Positions 36,330 to 49,300 of a DNA stretch of 64,000 nucleotides are shown one piece after another. Numbering within the stretch: the first letter of the stretch is position 1; every line of letters starts with the position of its first letter. The stretch is taken from the NCBI GenBank assembly GCA_039621445.1, contig CP154954.1, positions 44,867,847-44,931,846 of the forward strand, given 5' to 3'. The translations under genes were made by a program, and so were the position numbers. The DNA is from Euglena gracilis. Taxonomy: Eukaryota. The notes beneath the pieces are model-generated. The model saw only the letters and a program-made list of their open reading frames with translations. It did not search any database and was not told the DNA's origin.

Positions 36330-37315
36330 TGTAGGCCGCGGGACTGGACATTATGCGGTCAATTACGAGTGAGGATTTCCGTGCTGGACGTGCCCCTTCA
36401 GCATCCGTTATGCCGCTTCCAGATGTGTGCCGTGAACAGGGATGCCCCCCTCGAACGCAGCCTCCCCAACTCCACTGGGCTGGCAGTGCGGTGGGTCGAG
36501 CATTTGGGCTTGGGCAGGACCACAGACAGAGGGGAGGTGGGGCAGGGCCGGGCTGTGGGGTAAGGCCAGGGGTAGACCCCCCACATGCAAGAAACCCCTC
36601 TGGACCGAAAAGTCACCGTCCCAGGGGAGGGGTGGTGGCCCCCACCCACTCATCCCGAGGGTGATAAGGACGGAGATGAGGTTGGCGGGGTGGTCGATCT
36701 CCCCCCCACCCCCCCCCAGGGTTGTATGGGAATCTCCGAGGGGGGGGACCCCCCCCTCCTACCTCCAGTTTTCAGTCGCCGAAAATTGGCTTTTTGGGGT
36801 CAAAAGGTCAATTTTTCTGAAATTTCTCAAAAATGGTGGGGAATCAAAAAGAAATGTCCAATACCTAAATTGAAGCCCTTAAAATGCCCTATCTAACAGT
36901 ATTTTAATAACTCCCCACCCAGCCCGAGTTACGGCCATTTTTCGGCCAATTTTGGCCATTTTGCCAAAATTTCATGTTGAGCCTCAAGAGGGTCCTTAAA
37001 TACATACCCGGTGTGAAGCGCCGTAAATTTTTTTTGCCTCCGCAGAGGAGAAGGGTGGTGGGGGGACCCCCCTTCCGAAACTAGGGGGGGGACCCCCCCT
37101 ACCACCTTACCCCCCAGGGGGGGTGACCCCCCCTACCACCTATCTCATGTCTGCGGGGCTTCCCATACAACCCTGCCCCCCCCACCCGTGGGGTTTCAGG
37201 GAGTCCCGGGCAGCCCAGGGCGCGGGCGTGTGGTTGGCGCAGCGGGGGCTGCCGGCGCTGCGGACTCTCACAGAGATTGCCGCGGAGCGTGAAGCGTATG
37301 GGACCGGCCCATAGG
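36330..37315 (-). CDS. Possible orphan exons (~37200-37315 and ~36330-36500): either 5' exons of gene A or further 3' exons of gene B
   Basis: GC-rich open stretches (YGPVPYASRSAAISVRVRSAGSPRC; SGSGITDAEGARPARKSSLVIDRIMSSP); no motif. Confidence 0.25.
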
Positions 37316-38960
37316 ATTCAGGCAGAAGGGGCCCAGTGGTGGCAGGCTTCGTTTTTTTTATAGATCTGGTGATCTAGAGAGCCCTTTCTTCCTGAGAAGA
37401 GCGGGGCATTCTGCGCACAAACAGTTCGAATGACAAATTGATCAGTGCTTGATGCGGTGCACCCCAGTTGAGGTACAGTGCACCCCAGTTGAGGCAGTAG
37501 GAGTGTCTCACGCCACTCCTGCTGCAGGAGCTGCTCGGCAACCTCTGCAGGATGAACCGGGGATAATCCCGCTTTGTCTACGGTTGTGAGGCAACTGGTC
37601 CAGTGAACTGTTGTTGCGCGTCGCTGTGTTGTGGTGGCAGGTAGTCCCCTCGTTGGGTTCCCGGCATATCCTCCAACAATCAAAGGAAGCACGTTTCTGC
37701 TCAGAGCAAATGTCTGCATCTGAGGGGGGATACCACCCCACCCGTTGGAGTTCTTTTAGCCATCTCTACAAATCAAGGGGGAAGCGAGAAACCGAATTCC
37801 CACGTCCCCATCCATGTCACCAACCCCTTTCGTTTTTTAATTCTGGAAATGTACAAAAACTATTTTTTTGCTGCCAATTTCAAGGTCGAAATCCGCCTAA
37901 GTTTAAGGTGATAAAATTTTGGGAGGCAAATTACTTCGTTTTTGAAAGAGATGAAGCGATCTCCCATCCGGATCCGTTGAAAATGTTTACAAATTTATGC
38001 CTGCTTAGCCTCCCAGTCATGACCCCTCATGGACAATATTGCAAGTTGCTAGAAAACAAAGGGATAGGATCAGGGGTGGAGTTATGGTTTAGGTTAGGGT
38101 TAGGGTTAGGGTTAGGATGGGAATGTGGGAGGAGGCATCAGCTGATTCATCCCCATGTGGAAACGTCTTGTACCTGAACCCACACAAGGGCTTCCAACAT
38201 ACTGAGATGAAAAACCGCCTCAGACACAATCTGCTGTCCCCTGCAACCTGCAATTGTGTGCCATCTTATCCTCATCTGGGCACGTTCTGGCAGGGGACTT
38301 CTTATGGGCATTCAGTTGGAAACAAATTGCATTCCTCCCCCCTTGTCCTTGACCTTGACACGCCAAACTGCGGGGAAAGTGCGGTTGACGGGGGGGGGGT
38401 GTCATGGACACGCCATATCATGTGCACTGTGCCTTAAAGAAAATGGAATTTTGGGTACAGGGAAAGTGCGGTTGACACACACCCTGTGTGCCCCTGTGTG
38501 TCATGGACCAGCCGTGTCAAGGACAGGGGGGAGGGGTGTACCGTTCCCCCCTTCCTGGAAATTCCGAAGATTTTTGCTCGGTGTGCTCACCGTGGACTTC
38601 TGTGCGGGGTCGAAATCAGCAAAAGGGGGCTGAATGTTTGGGTTTGATTTGAAACCAACTGGTGCTAAAAGGGCCAAAAACGTTTAGGTGAAGCGGGAAA
38701 AGGCTCGAACACTGCCCCGTTGTGCTTCATTGTGAGAAGTCGAAGAGTAAAATGACCGAAAATGGGGAGGGGGCGAGGATGAAAAGTGGGAGGGGGAATT
38801 GCGTATCGCAAAAAAATCCCTTCCTCGCTGGAAAGCAAAGAGACGGCAAAGACGCCCCAAACACGACGAAAACATTGGGGCCAAGAAATTTAGAGGGGAT
38901 CCTACCCCCCCCCCCCCCCGGAGGGGGTCCAGCCAGCCAGCACCTCCCTGGGCTGCAGAC

Positions 38961-39129
38961 CAGGCTGTATTTTAGTCGGGTGCCAATCCAACCGGGGGGG
39001 GGGGTGCCTGTCTGGGCAGGCACTCCAAGGCACTCCAAATCCGACCCCCCCCGGGGGGGGGGGGGGCACTTGGCAAAAAGTGCCTAGCAGGCACTCCGGC
39101 GCCAAAGGGATTGGTAGAAAAACAGCCTG
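38961..39129. mobile_element. Shorter copy of the 5323-5625 MITE family, opposite orientation
   Basis: CAGGCTGTATTTTAG...TAGAAAAACAGCCTG; decayed TSD CTGCAGAC/CTACGGAC (6/8). Confidence 0.8.
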
Positions 39130-40392
39130 CTACGGACCCTCCTGGGGGGTCCGCTGAAACAAAGTTGGGTCCAAAAGCCAGGATGGACCGAAGAATCTTC
39201 AGCGCAAAGCGCCAAAAACTTTGGGAAAAAGGGGGGGGTCAAAAATGGCCAAAAGATGTCCATTTTTGGGTGGTTTTGGGGGGTTCACACCTCTAATTTA
39301 TCCCCCTGGGTGGGTCCAGCCAGCCGGCTTGAAAAAGGGGGTTCAGGGAGGCGGTTCCGACCTGGCTGCCAGGCTGGACTCGCCGGGAACCTGAAAGGCG
39401 AAAAGCCCAAATCCAGGTGGGTATATTTTTCCCGGCTAAATTTTCAAGGTGAAAAACCAAAGCGTACCAACAATAGACATCCTTGGCCATTTTTGACTCA
39501 CTTCCAAACACCAACAACTTTGGGCAATTCTCCCACCTAGGTCACAGGTCGGCTCATGACTAAAACCCTGAAACTTTCTAAGATGTGTTTGACCCTGACA
39601 AGTTTTGCAGACGGACTCATTTCCATATGGGGGGGGGGCAGCTTGGGGGGGGGAGCTTGATCAGTACCAAGAAAAATAACCTGGGAAGGGCCTGACAGGT
39701 TTGGAGGGGGGGACCAAATGACTCTACAAATTGTTGGCGAATTATGGTGAAATGTGGCCCGGGAAACCCAAATTGGTTGGCAATGAAACCTGAAAATGGC
39801 GCATACGAACGGCCAGGGCGGCGGCTATATATGGGTTGTTGGTTGTGGAAGGCATGAGTTATAAAAGAAGCAGGCTTTCCTGCGGGCCACGTCTGGGAAT
39901 TGCACACGACTGGGGAAACACAGGGCCCATTTAGGGAAGGGAAAACGTGATTTCAGCCCAGAATTCCTCACATCAGTTTGATTTGGACATATATTTAAAA
40001 TGAAAATATACAAAAGAAAAATAAAATCGAAAATAAAACAAGGCAAATTAAAATGTTTCTTCCAACGAGATTTTTAGAAAACGAGGTGGCTGTCCCAGCT
40101 TGATAGATTGGAATCTTAATGACCCCCCCCCCCAAAAGCTGCTGTGATTTGGCCTGTTTGATACATTGTTTGATCTGGACATTCTCACAGAAAAAGCGAC
40201 TTCGGCTTGAAGGTCACTGTTAGATTTTATGAATTTGTGAGTAAAAAAAAACAACACGCAAAAAAAAAGGAACATCAGAAAGTTTCATTCTTCCTCTCCC
40301 CGCACGGAATGCAAAGTACCTTCCTCCGTGTGACTGTCCAGGACATCGCCCTGTCCGGCTGTGTTGTGCTGTGCAGTCGCGGCCAGCATTCG

Positions 40393-43300
40393 TCAGCAGG
40401 GGCGGACCGCATCCACACCGTCCTCCTCCTCCTCCTCCTCCTCCTCGTCCTCCTCGGGGGCGGTGGTCACGCCACCGGGGGTGTGCCACGTCATGACGGT
40501 GTCCGGCCCGGAGGAGGCCACCTCGGGGCCGTCGGGGTCCACCAGGCGCAGCAGCTCGTACACGCTCATCCCCATCGCCGGCGGCAGGCAACCCACCGCA
40601 GTTGGGGGTGCATGCCAAGGCGCTGGAAGGCTTTTTGGCCAACTTTTCCAGTGGGACCGCGGTTCGAATGCCCACTCCTCAACAGGTGGGGAATTCGTTT
40701 GGTCAACAGCGCATATGTCAAAAAAAGGCAAAAAAAATGGGGGGAAAAGCAGACCGAAATTTTTTCCTGAAAAAAAGACTGATATGGGTACTTCCAGACA
40801 TGCTTTTCGGCATTTGACCTGAATGGCTGCGCACCCCTATGCAATGGGTTCAAATCAGTGCAAATCGGCGGTCGAATTGATAAGCAGTCCAAAATTCGCC
40901 AGTTTTTTTTGCAAGAAATATCTACCCCCCCCCCCAAATAACGGGGCGGGGTGCCCCATTACTGGCACCATCTTTTTGACCTGCCCCGTTATTTGGGCAC
41001 TACCAATCATCATGGAATTCCCTCACAGACCTGTTGTAATGAGTGACGAGTGACACATCCTCCTACTTATGGAAATGATGAGTGTTGCAAACCTGACATC
41101 CGAGACCTTGAATATGATTTTGACCCACCCATTTGTTACCACTAATTTTACAACAAACTTAACACTGAATAATACCAAATAGCACAGCTGGATGAATGGG
41201 GAGGGCAGAGGCAGTCGCCTGAACTTGCCCTTCAGGTAAACGCCGTCCAGCCTCCGGGTAAAATCCAGGCTGCTGTGTGAACCTGAGCATCTGAACTGGG
41301 GACCCCTAACCCCCAAACCCCCCAGAAGCAAAAATAACAAGAACGCCTTGTTGTGGCTCAAGGAAGAACATGAAACAAGTGCAACTGTTCGCAGTGGCAG
41401 GGGGGGGATGGCGCTCTGCCTCCTCGAACCCCCCCCCAGAAGCTCTAATGACAAGAACAGTTTGTCATCTCAAAAGTGTGCAAGTTGCAACGCTTTTTTT
41501 AATCTGATGTGAGTTTCCTGCCTACCCACCCACCCTCGCACCCTCCTTCACCCCCTCCCTGGCCACTCCTCACTTCCTTCAGGCCATATGTGTGGAACCC
41601 TTCGCAATGTTGTTTGCCTGGTCGGGATTTCCAGTGGCCGGAAAGCACCCCCCCCGGGCAGGGCTGTACGGGATGGCCTGGCGGGGAGGGTGGTCGACCC
41701 CCCCACCTGCGAGGTGGGGGAGGGGGCAACCCCCCGTTTCAATGGACAAAATAAAAGTTCTTGTCGGTGCCTTTAGCGCCAACGCAAAAAAAAAAATTGG
41801 CCTAAAAATCGGCGCCCGCAGGAATACTGGAAGGGGTGGGAGGGGTTCAAACCCCAACCGTCAGGATTGGGGGGAGGGGAACTCAGGCTGGCATAGGTGA
41901 GGTATATGGCCATTTCAGGATGTTTTTGGCCCCTTTGGCTAATTTCACCGCTGTGGCCGATTTTTTTTTGAACCACTTTGGTGATTTTTTTTTGAAAACC
42001 GAAAATGAACTCAAATAATCATTTCCATAACTTTAGAACCAGCATCGCATCCAGAAAATTAATTGCATCTGACCAAGGGGCAGGGCTGTACAGGAAGAAC
42101 TGGTGGGGCACTGAGCGAGGGACCCGTGGGAATTTGGGGATTCCCATGCAGGAAGGGGATCCTTGGGGCGTTGTTGGACAACCCAAAACAAACCGCTGGA
42201 CAAATGAGTGATCCTTAATGATTTTCTTGGATTTCAAAGAGAATATTAACATACCAAAAAAGGTGATAGTATTGGCTTCTTCCAGAAATGTCAGAAAACA
42301 TGCTTCAACTTCATTATTCAACACATTACCCACCCCTGAGCACCACTTTCAATTCCATCAATAATGTGCCGGATGTGTCGTTGTTGTTGTTGTTGTCGCC
42401 GCTGGTTGTTGGGGGGGACTTTGTGCACACCTCAACAGGAGCCTCGCCACCACCCGCCGCTCCACCGCGGCGTGCAGCTGCGGCCCGATGAGGATGCGCG
42501 TCTTGCGCTCCTTGTTGAGCCCCTCCAGCCGGCTTGGCCGCAGGCCCGCCGCCTTCTCTCTTGGTCCTTCTCCAGACAGGCCGCAAATGCCCGACAGCCA
42601 CTTCGGGGTGGCTGCCACTGAACTCCTCCGAATTAAAGCAAACTGATGCTTCAAACTGGGTCTCGCCAGTAACTGACCCAGTACCGCTGCTTCAGACTTC
42701 GGGCAGAATGGTGGGGCCCAGCCTGGCCGCCACGTTGACCACATCGCCCACCACGGTGTAGTTCATGCGGTGCCGCGAGCCGAAGATGCCCGCGTGGACC
42801 TGCCCCGCCTCCAGGCCCATCCGGCCGGAGAGGCGGGCGCATGGGGCTCTGCTGGGAATGAGGCGGTGCGGGCAGGGGAAGGAATGGATTGCAGAGGGAG
42901 GTCAACTTGGGGGAAGGGTGTCGCGGCTGTGAGAGGGTGCCCGCCCCGGTGCACCCCGCACAAACGAGGCTTTGCTGGTTCCCTTTTGGTGATGAAAAGG
43001 GAGGAGGGTTGCACGGGAAAAGCAACCCTCTCCTGCTCTTTCCTGAGGACGGTTCACCATCAGCGCGTCTTTTAACCCCCCCCCCCAGGTTGTCCAGTTC
43101 AGAGGCTGGAAAATTCGGGCTGCCAGATAAAGGCTGCTGGCTGACCCCACCCACTTGGGGTCAGGGGGGGGGGGAAATTGATATCGGAGGCCTTCGGAAA
43201 AATTGCGGAAAAATTGCGGAAAAATTGCGGAAATTGCGGAAAAATTGCGGAAAAATTGATATCGGGTATACACATTTCTGTCTGAGGGGACTTAGAAAAT

Positions 43301-46300
43301 TTTCAATTGTGAGGTTCAGAACACCGCAACACCCACGTCGATGCAGGGGAGCACAAATCAACACGCTTGATGTTCTTTGCACAGGTGGGACGCACCCAAT
43401 TCTGTAACCAGTGGTGCACCTGTGAGAAAAATTGGTAAACTGGGGGGAAAAAAACAACAAAACACAATAGCACACCTGTTGATCCATTTGAAGAATGGCT
43501 TGAACTCATTGCATCTTCCATCTTCGGTGGTGGGAAAAAAATTCTGCGGAAAAAAAATGGGAAAAAATTGCGGAAAAATTGCGGAAATTGCGGAAAAATT
43601 GCGGAAAATTGCGGAAAATTGCGGAAATTGCGGAAAATTGCGGAAATTGCGGAAAAATTGCGGATATCAATTTCCCCCCCCCCTGACTTGGGGTACCAGG
43701 CTTGGGCTGGAACTGGGCCCAACCAAGGATCAGGAACCAAAAAAATCGACCATGTAAACTCCAAAAAACTTCCAATTGTGCAAAAAGGCGATCTTTCCGA
43801 CCCATTTTTGCCCATTTTCGGCCCATTTCTTTGACACCTGAAAGCAAAAATTCATCACCGTCCAGCCTCCCGAAGGGTGGCTGGAAACAAATGATAAAAC
43901 CCATTTATGGGGGGCGTCTGGGCTGGAAAGATGCTGGTTGGCTCCTCCCTGGGGATGGGGTCGAATTTTCTTCCACTCGCCAATCTTTCATCCCTGGCTG
44001 CCGTTCTGTGCCCCCCCAAGCGGAAATCACACAAGATGAATATCCTGTTGCCCAGATTGATTCCACTTCCCGCCTGGCCAGAGAACGCCCATCCAAAATC
44101 AGTCATCACGACCGGAAGGCAGGTCTTCAGCCCATCCCCCATCCCCGGGGCCCCGCGATAAAAAAAGCCACCCAGCCTGCGGGGCCGCAGGGCGCCATGC
44201 CTGCAGGGAGCCGCCCTGCCGGTGGACCATCCAGTCTGCGCACTCCAGCGCCGCCCGGCACGCATGGTACTCGTGGTCCTTGACGGGGGACGGGGCGTTC
44301 CAGAAGGCCATGACGCAGTCCCCGGCAGGCGATGGGCCGGGGCTTTGTCGTCCAGAAATGCGGGTCTTGAAAAGCAGGGGATGCCGGTGTTCACGGTTTT
44401 CAAAAACGACAAAGAAAAGGATGTGGCCGGGAAATAAATGAAAAGGACACAACCAGCACCCTTCACAGCCCTCCACCCATTACCCCACAACGATGTCATC
44501 TCGTTTCTGTGCATTACATCCTTTGATCCTGAATCTCTTTGGTAAAAGAAACCCTTGCTGAAATCAACAGCAAATAACTGCGGACAAAGAGCAATCCCTC
44601 GTCCAGGAAACCATGAGTATCAAAAAGAAGCAGGGCGACGCCCACCACACACGAGTGTGGTGGGTAGTGTCAGAGTGAGATGCTTCTCCAGCGGGTCTGA
44701 AACAGCACTCCAAACTCATTCATATGGTCTGGGGCCAAGGCCCACCCTGGCCGCCGATGTACTTGTCGATTACCCCGCGGCGCCGCACGATGATGGAGGA
44801 CAGCTCCTCGAAGAACGCGCCGATGCTCTCCACCAGCTGGGCCCAGGGATCGGCAACAAACACTCCCCACCCCCCACGCCACCAAAAAAAAGCAGAAAAA
44901 CAACTTCGAACCGCCACCGAACTACCCTGCATTCAGCCTCAGAACAAAGTGCTCTAATTCTGCTAAGGCCTGGAGCACTGGTGGGCGTGGATTTACCTCG
45001 CCAGGTCGGGGAAAACCGCTGCAGACCATTTTCCTTCAGCAATTCAAAGCCCAGCAGGGGGGGGGATGTGGTATTTGCAAAAGGAGGGCATTGCAGGAAA
45101 TAATCTATCCTGAGACAATTTTGGTGCACAGGGCGAAGCCTTAGACGGCCGGGAATGCACTTTTCTTGTTGAGTCACAAAAGTATGACAGTTTTAGTGAA
45201 AATGCGCATCCGCGCATTTTGGACCCGGAGTGCGCAGGTGCGCATTTTGCATAGTTTGATGCCTCTTCCAGACTGGGGGGTAAACACCACAAAAATGAGC
45301 TGTTTGGATACACGACTATAAGGACCATCCCCTTGTTTACTGGTTCAACTACGCAGCATGCTGTTTACAGCTGTTTCCCGACGACTGTGGTACAGTGCGT
45401 GGCTGGACTCACACTCGGCACACTCCACACGACATGCGGAACACGGACGACGCACACCAACCTGGACCTGGGTGTGCCACCCTTGTGTTCACCGGTGCGT
45501 GCTGATGGCTCCTGGGGGCAGGGCCTGGTGAACCCGGGATGAGCATGGGAAGGAACACCTTGCAGGCATGGAGACACAGCCCTCCCACGGTCAAAACAAT
45601 GGGGGTGTCACTGAGTATCAGGGCCGAAGAATGCGCACCTGCGCATTTTTTGGAAACCCAAAAGAATGCGCAGGTGCGCATTTTTTGGAATGGACACAGC
45701 CTGTGGGAAGGGGGGAATGCGCACACGCGCATTGACGTTGAAGGACACACTGGGTATGGCCTGTTGTTTGCCTGCCTTGAATGCGAGCTGTGCACCGCTA
45801 TGATGTGGTTTCGGGCTTGCAGAACATGGGTGTGTGAGGGGGAGATGAAATAAAATAATCGGTCTTGGAAAAATTGTCGCTGTACCAGGCCACACCCTGA
45901 AACATGACACCTGCAGCAGCATGGAAAATCCTGGGCTTGGCGATGGCAGGTGTCAAGGCACGAATTCATGTCCTTCAGTGATAGGGGAACTGCCCCCTGC
46001 AGTGCAAGTCATTGAGCAAATCAGAATGCGCACCTGCGCGCTGCAGTCCAGTGCCCAGCCCAGCCTGCGCTGCTCTCATGAACGTGTGGAGCAAGTCACA
46101 ACGCAATGCAACTGTCCCCCACCCGGCGGAGGTGGTGGGCCGGTTGGTGCCAGCGTTGTCCGACCCCACGCCCCAGAGCGTGCATGGCAGCACACAGCCA
46201 ATGGTCGCACTGAACAACCTTACGTTGGGCTGTACGAGGTGCAAGAAGCACTGTGCCCGACAATTAGGGTCAACGCAGGGGGTTGTGTCTGGTTCCACCC

Positions 46301-49300
46301 ACAGTGCTCACGGGGTTGGCACCTCGAGAGCGAAGCACGCCTGTCACCACCTTCGGCATCATTCCCCCAAAACGGTCTGTAAACACAGAATTAATTTACA
46401 ATCCAAATGGACTCAAAGAAGCGAACACCACTGGTCAGTCCTTACCCCAAAATTTCTCCAGGCCCTTGAGATTGTGAGACAAGCAAGCCCATCACAACAA
46501 AAACTTGCCGATAAATCCAGTATTTTTTTCCGTTCTGCTTTTTCGTGTATTCCACTGTGTCATACCAAGGGCATACGGATGAGAAAGGGACTTCAATGCC
46601 CGAGGAAATTCCTCAGTGACGGGCACCCTAACTCCCAAATGCGGTCAGCAGCCCTTCATGGCATGAGTGAAAAGCCGGTGAATGCGCACATACGCAAAAA
46701 ATCGTCCTGTGCCTTTCTTTGAATGACAGCCACACCGTCGAATATTTTCACTCCAGATGGGTATGCCACCACCCACGCCAACTCCCCCCGCCTGGCCTGG
46801 TTTTGAAACCACACAGCTGAAGTGAAGACCTCCCTGCGAGGATCGAATGGTGACCGAGGACGAGGCAGCCCTGGAGCGAAACACGGCAGATGAGGACCAC
46901 CACCTGTGGCCTTGCTGGCAACAAACGTCACCCACCACACAGAACCCTTTTTTATCATGAACTTAGAGTCGACACACCAACAAACTACACAACCCTTGGC
47001 CGCTGTGAAGACCAGGGAAAGCACATATGCACACACCTTCTCCACACACCACATCCGCAATGGCTGCAGTCAAACATGGCACATTGGGGTGAATGCGCAC
47101 ATGCGCATTCCCTTCTTGTGTCTCCCCTTAAAGCACCCTGGTGGGAGGTTGCTGTACAGGGCCATGCCAAACAACTCAGCACACAAGGTAGAGGCACAGC
47201 CCAGGAGACGTACACCCTACTCTGGCGGCATCCTCTTGTGCAATGAGATGCCTCTGAAATTGCTAACAAAAAGGGCAGCAGTGCACCATGGGGGTAGCCC
47301 TGCCACAATGCTGTGCTGGCACTGGGTTCAGGAGTGCGAGACACAGCTCCCCACAACACAGAGAACGCGCACCTGCGCACTCCCCCTCACAAAATGCGCA
47401 GGTGCGCACTCTTGTGGATGCCCAGCGCTGTTCCCTGCAGGTAGAATCACAGCCGGCCAGCGAAGGAATGGCCTCGAGTGCGCACGTGCGCATTCTTGTG
47501 CCTCATGCAACCTCGAAGAGGAGCCATTTTATGTTGTTTGTGAGGGCTGTTCTGGAGGGTGTGGTCTGTGGCAGAAAGGCTTGAGGCAGGGCTCCGCTCC
47601 GTGGCTTTCAAAACCAGTGACACACAGGAAAGGGGTGCAAGCCAGCCCCCCCCCTTCCATACCCAGCACCCCATCCCAAACCTCACACCCAAACACAGGT
47701 GGTCCCACATGGTGATGTGCCGTGGTGCCTATGAGAAGGCACATGGGGAGCGGACGGCGTGCGCCACTGGAGGGATGCTGTGCCTGTATGTGTCACAGAG
47801 GGGTGCAATGCACCTTGTGGAATGGCAAACAGCGGGCAGCCTGAGGAGGGTGACGAGCCCTCCCCAACACACATCTGGAGTGGATTTAAACACACACACC
47901 CCGCCACTCTCTGAATGCAGAGTACACGTACACAACAAACATTCACCATCGCCCCCTCGTGCCCTGCTTCCAGCACAGGGCACAGAACCTCCCATCCACT
48001 CTAACCGCAGAGACCACAGTGCCCCCTACCCACAACCACCCCTGGGAGCCACAATAACCGTCCAACACTTCAGGAAAAGGCCGGGACGGGGAGGGGGGTG
48101 AATGCGCACCTGCGCATTCACTGGGGTCCACAAAACAGGGGGGCAGCCACAGGTACAACGCCTTCACCTGACGGGCGTCCTCGTGAAACAGCGTTTTGTG
48201 TCGCACCACTTTGGCAGACGGGGGTTTTCCCTCGGTCCGCGGAGGTGCTAAACCGTCATTTTCAAAACGATAAAAGTCGGTTTGCCCAGGAAAAAAACCC
48301 AGGGATCGAAGGTAGTGGTACCCATTTTGGTACCAGGGGTTTCAGCTGACGGGTCGGCCGCCCCGTCAAGTGATGACGACACACTTGGTCTCAAAAGAAT
48401 GCGCAGGTGCGCAAAAAAACACCAAAAATGAAAAGTGCATTCCCGGCCGTCTAAGGAAGCGCCAAGCTGAAAGACCTGCCTCCCAAAATCCTTCCTGGAG
48501 ACAGTCCCCTCCTGGAGTCAGTCTGACCCTCCTGGTAGGTGGAGGTTTGGTCCGGACCCCCCTCCAATCTAGGAGGGGGGGGGGGTGTCAACCCCATCCT
48601 GGACACCCTATCAGTTCTTTGCAATGAGTTTTCAACAGCCCCAACAGCTTTGTGGATCAAATCCTGGGGACAATGGAGTGCTCAATCCCACGGGTAATGG
48701 GGTTGGGGAACTCTTCTTCTTTTGGTGAAAGTTTGTTCTGCCCTCAATGGCATGCGAAGACCTGACTGGGCCGCATCGGTGGACTCGGTTAGGTTGGTAA
48801 AGTTCTCAATGTCAAGGAAGAACACTGTGGCAGCCGTTGGGGCAGAGGGGGACCAGCAAAATCTCTTCAGGAGAATATCTTCTCCTATTTGCGACACAAA
48901 TTGGAAAGAAGACATTACCTCCCCCCTATGTCCAACGACCGGTAACCTCTGTCCTCTGACCGGGGGGAGGGGTCATTGGACATAGGGTAGTGACCAAAAA
49001 GGTGTCCTCTGACCAGGGGGGTGGTCGTTGGACACAGGGTCGGGGAAAAAAAAGTTTGCCGAACCCCCCCAAACAGGTCATAATTTTCCTTCCGGCGCTT
49101 CGCGCCCCCATTTCCAGCCCTGTCAACAATATTTCCTCAAAGCACCCAGAACGTATCACGCTGTGGGATTTCACAAAACAAAGATACCTAGTCGACAATC
49201 CCTGCATTCCATCAACCATCTTCACTGCATCATACAACCTAGCAAACACCCGAAAATGTCATGGCGGAACGTTGGGAGTGTTGTGAAGCTCCTTCGACAA

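Noticed and set aside
38094-38116. (TTAGGG)3-4 as a chromosome end or fusion site
   Set aside because: Too short; only an interstitial telomere-like microsatellite
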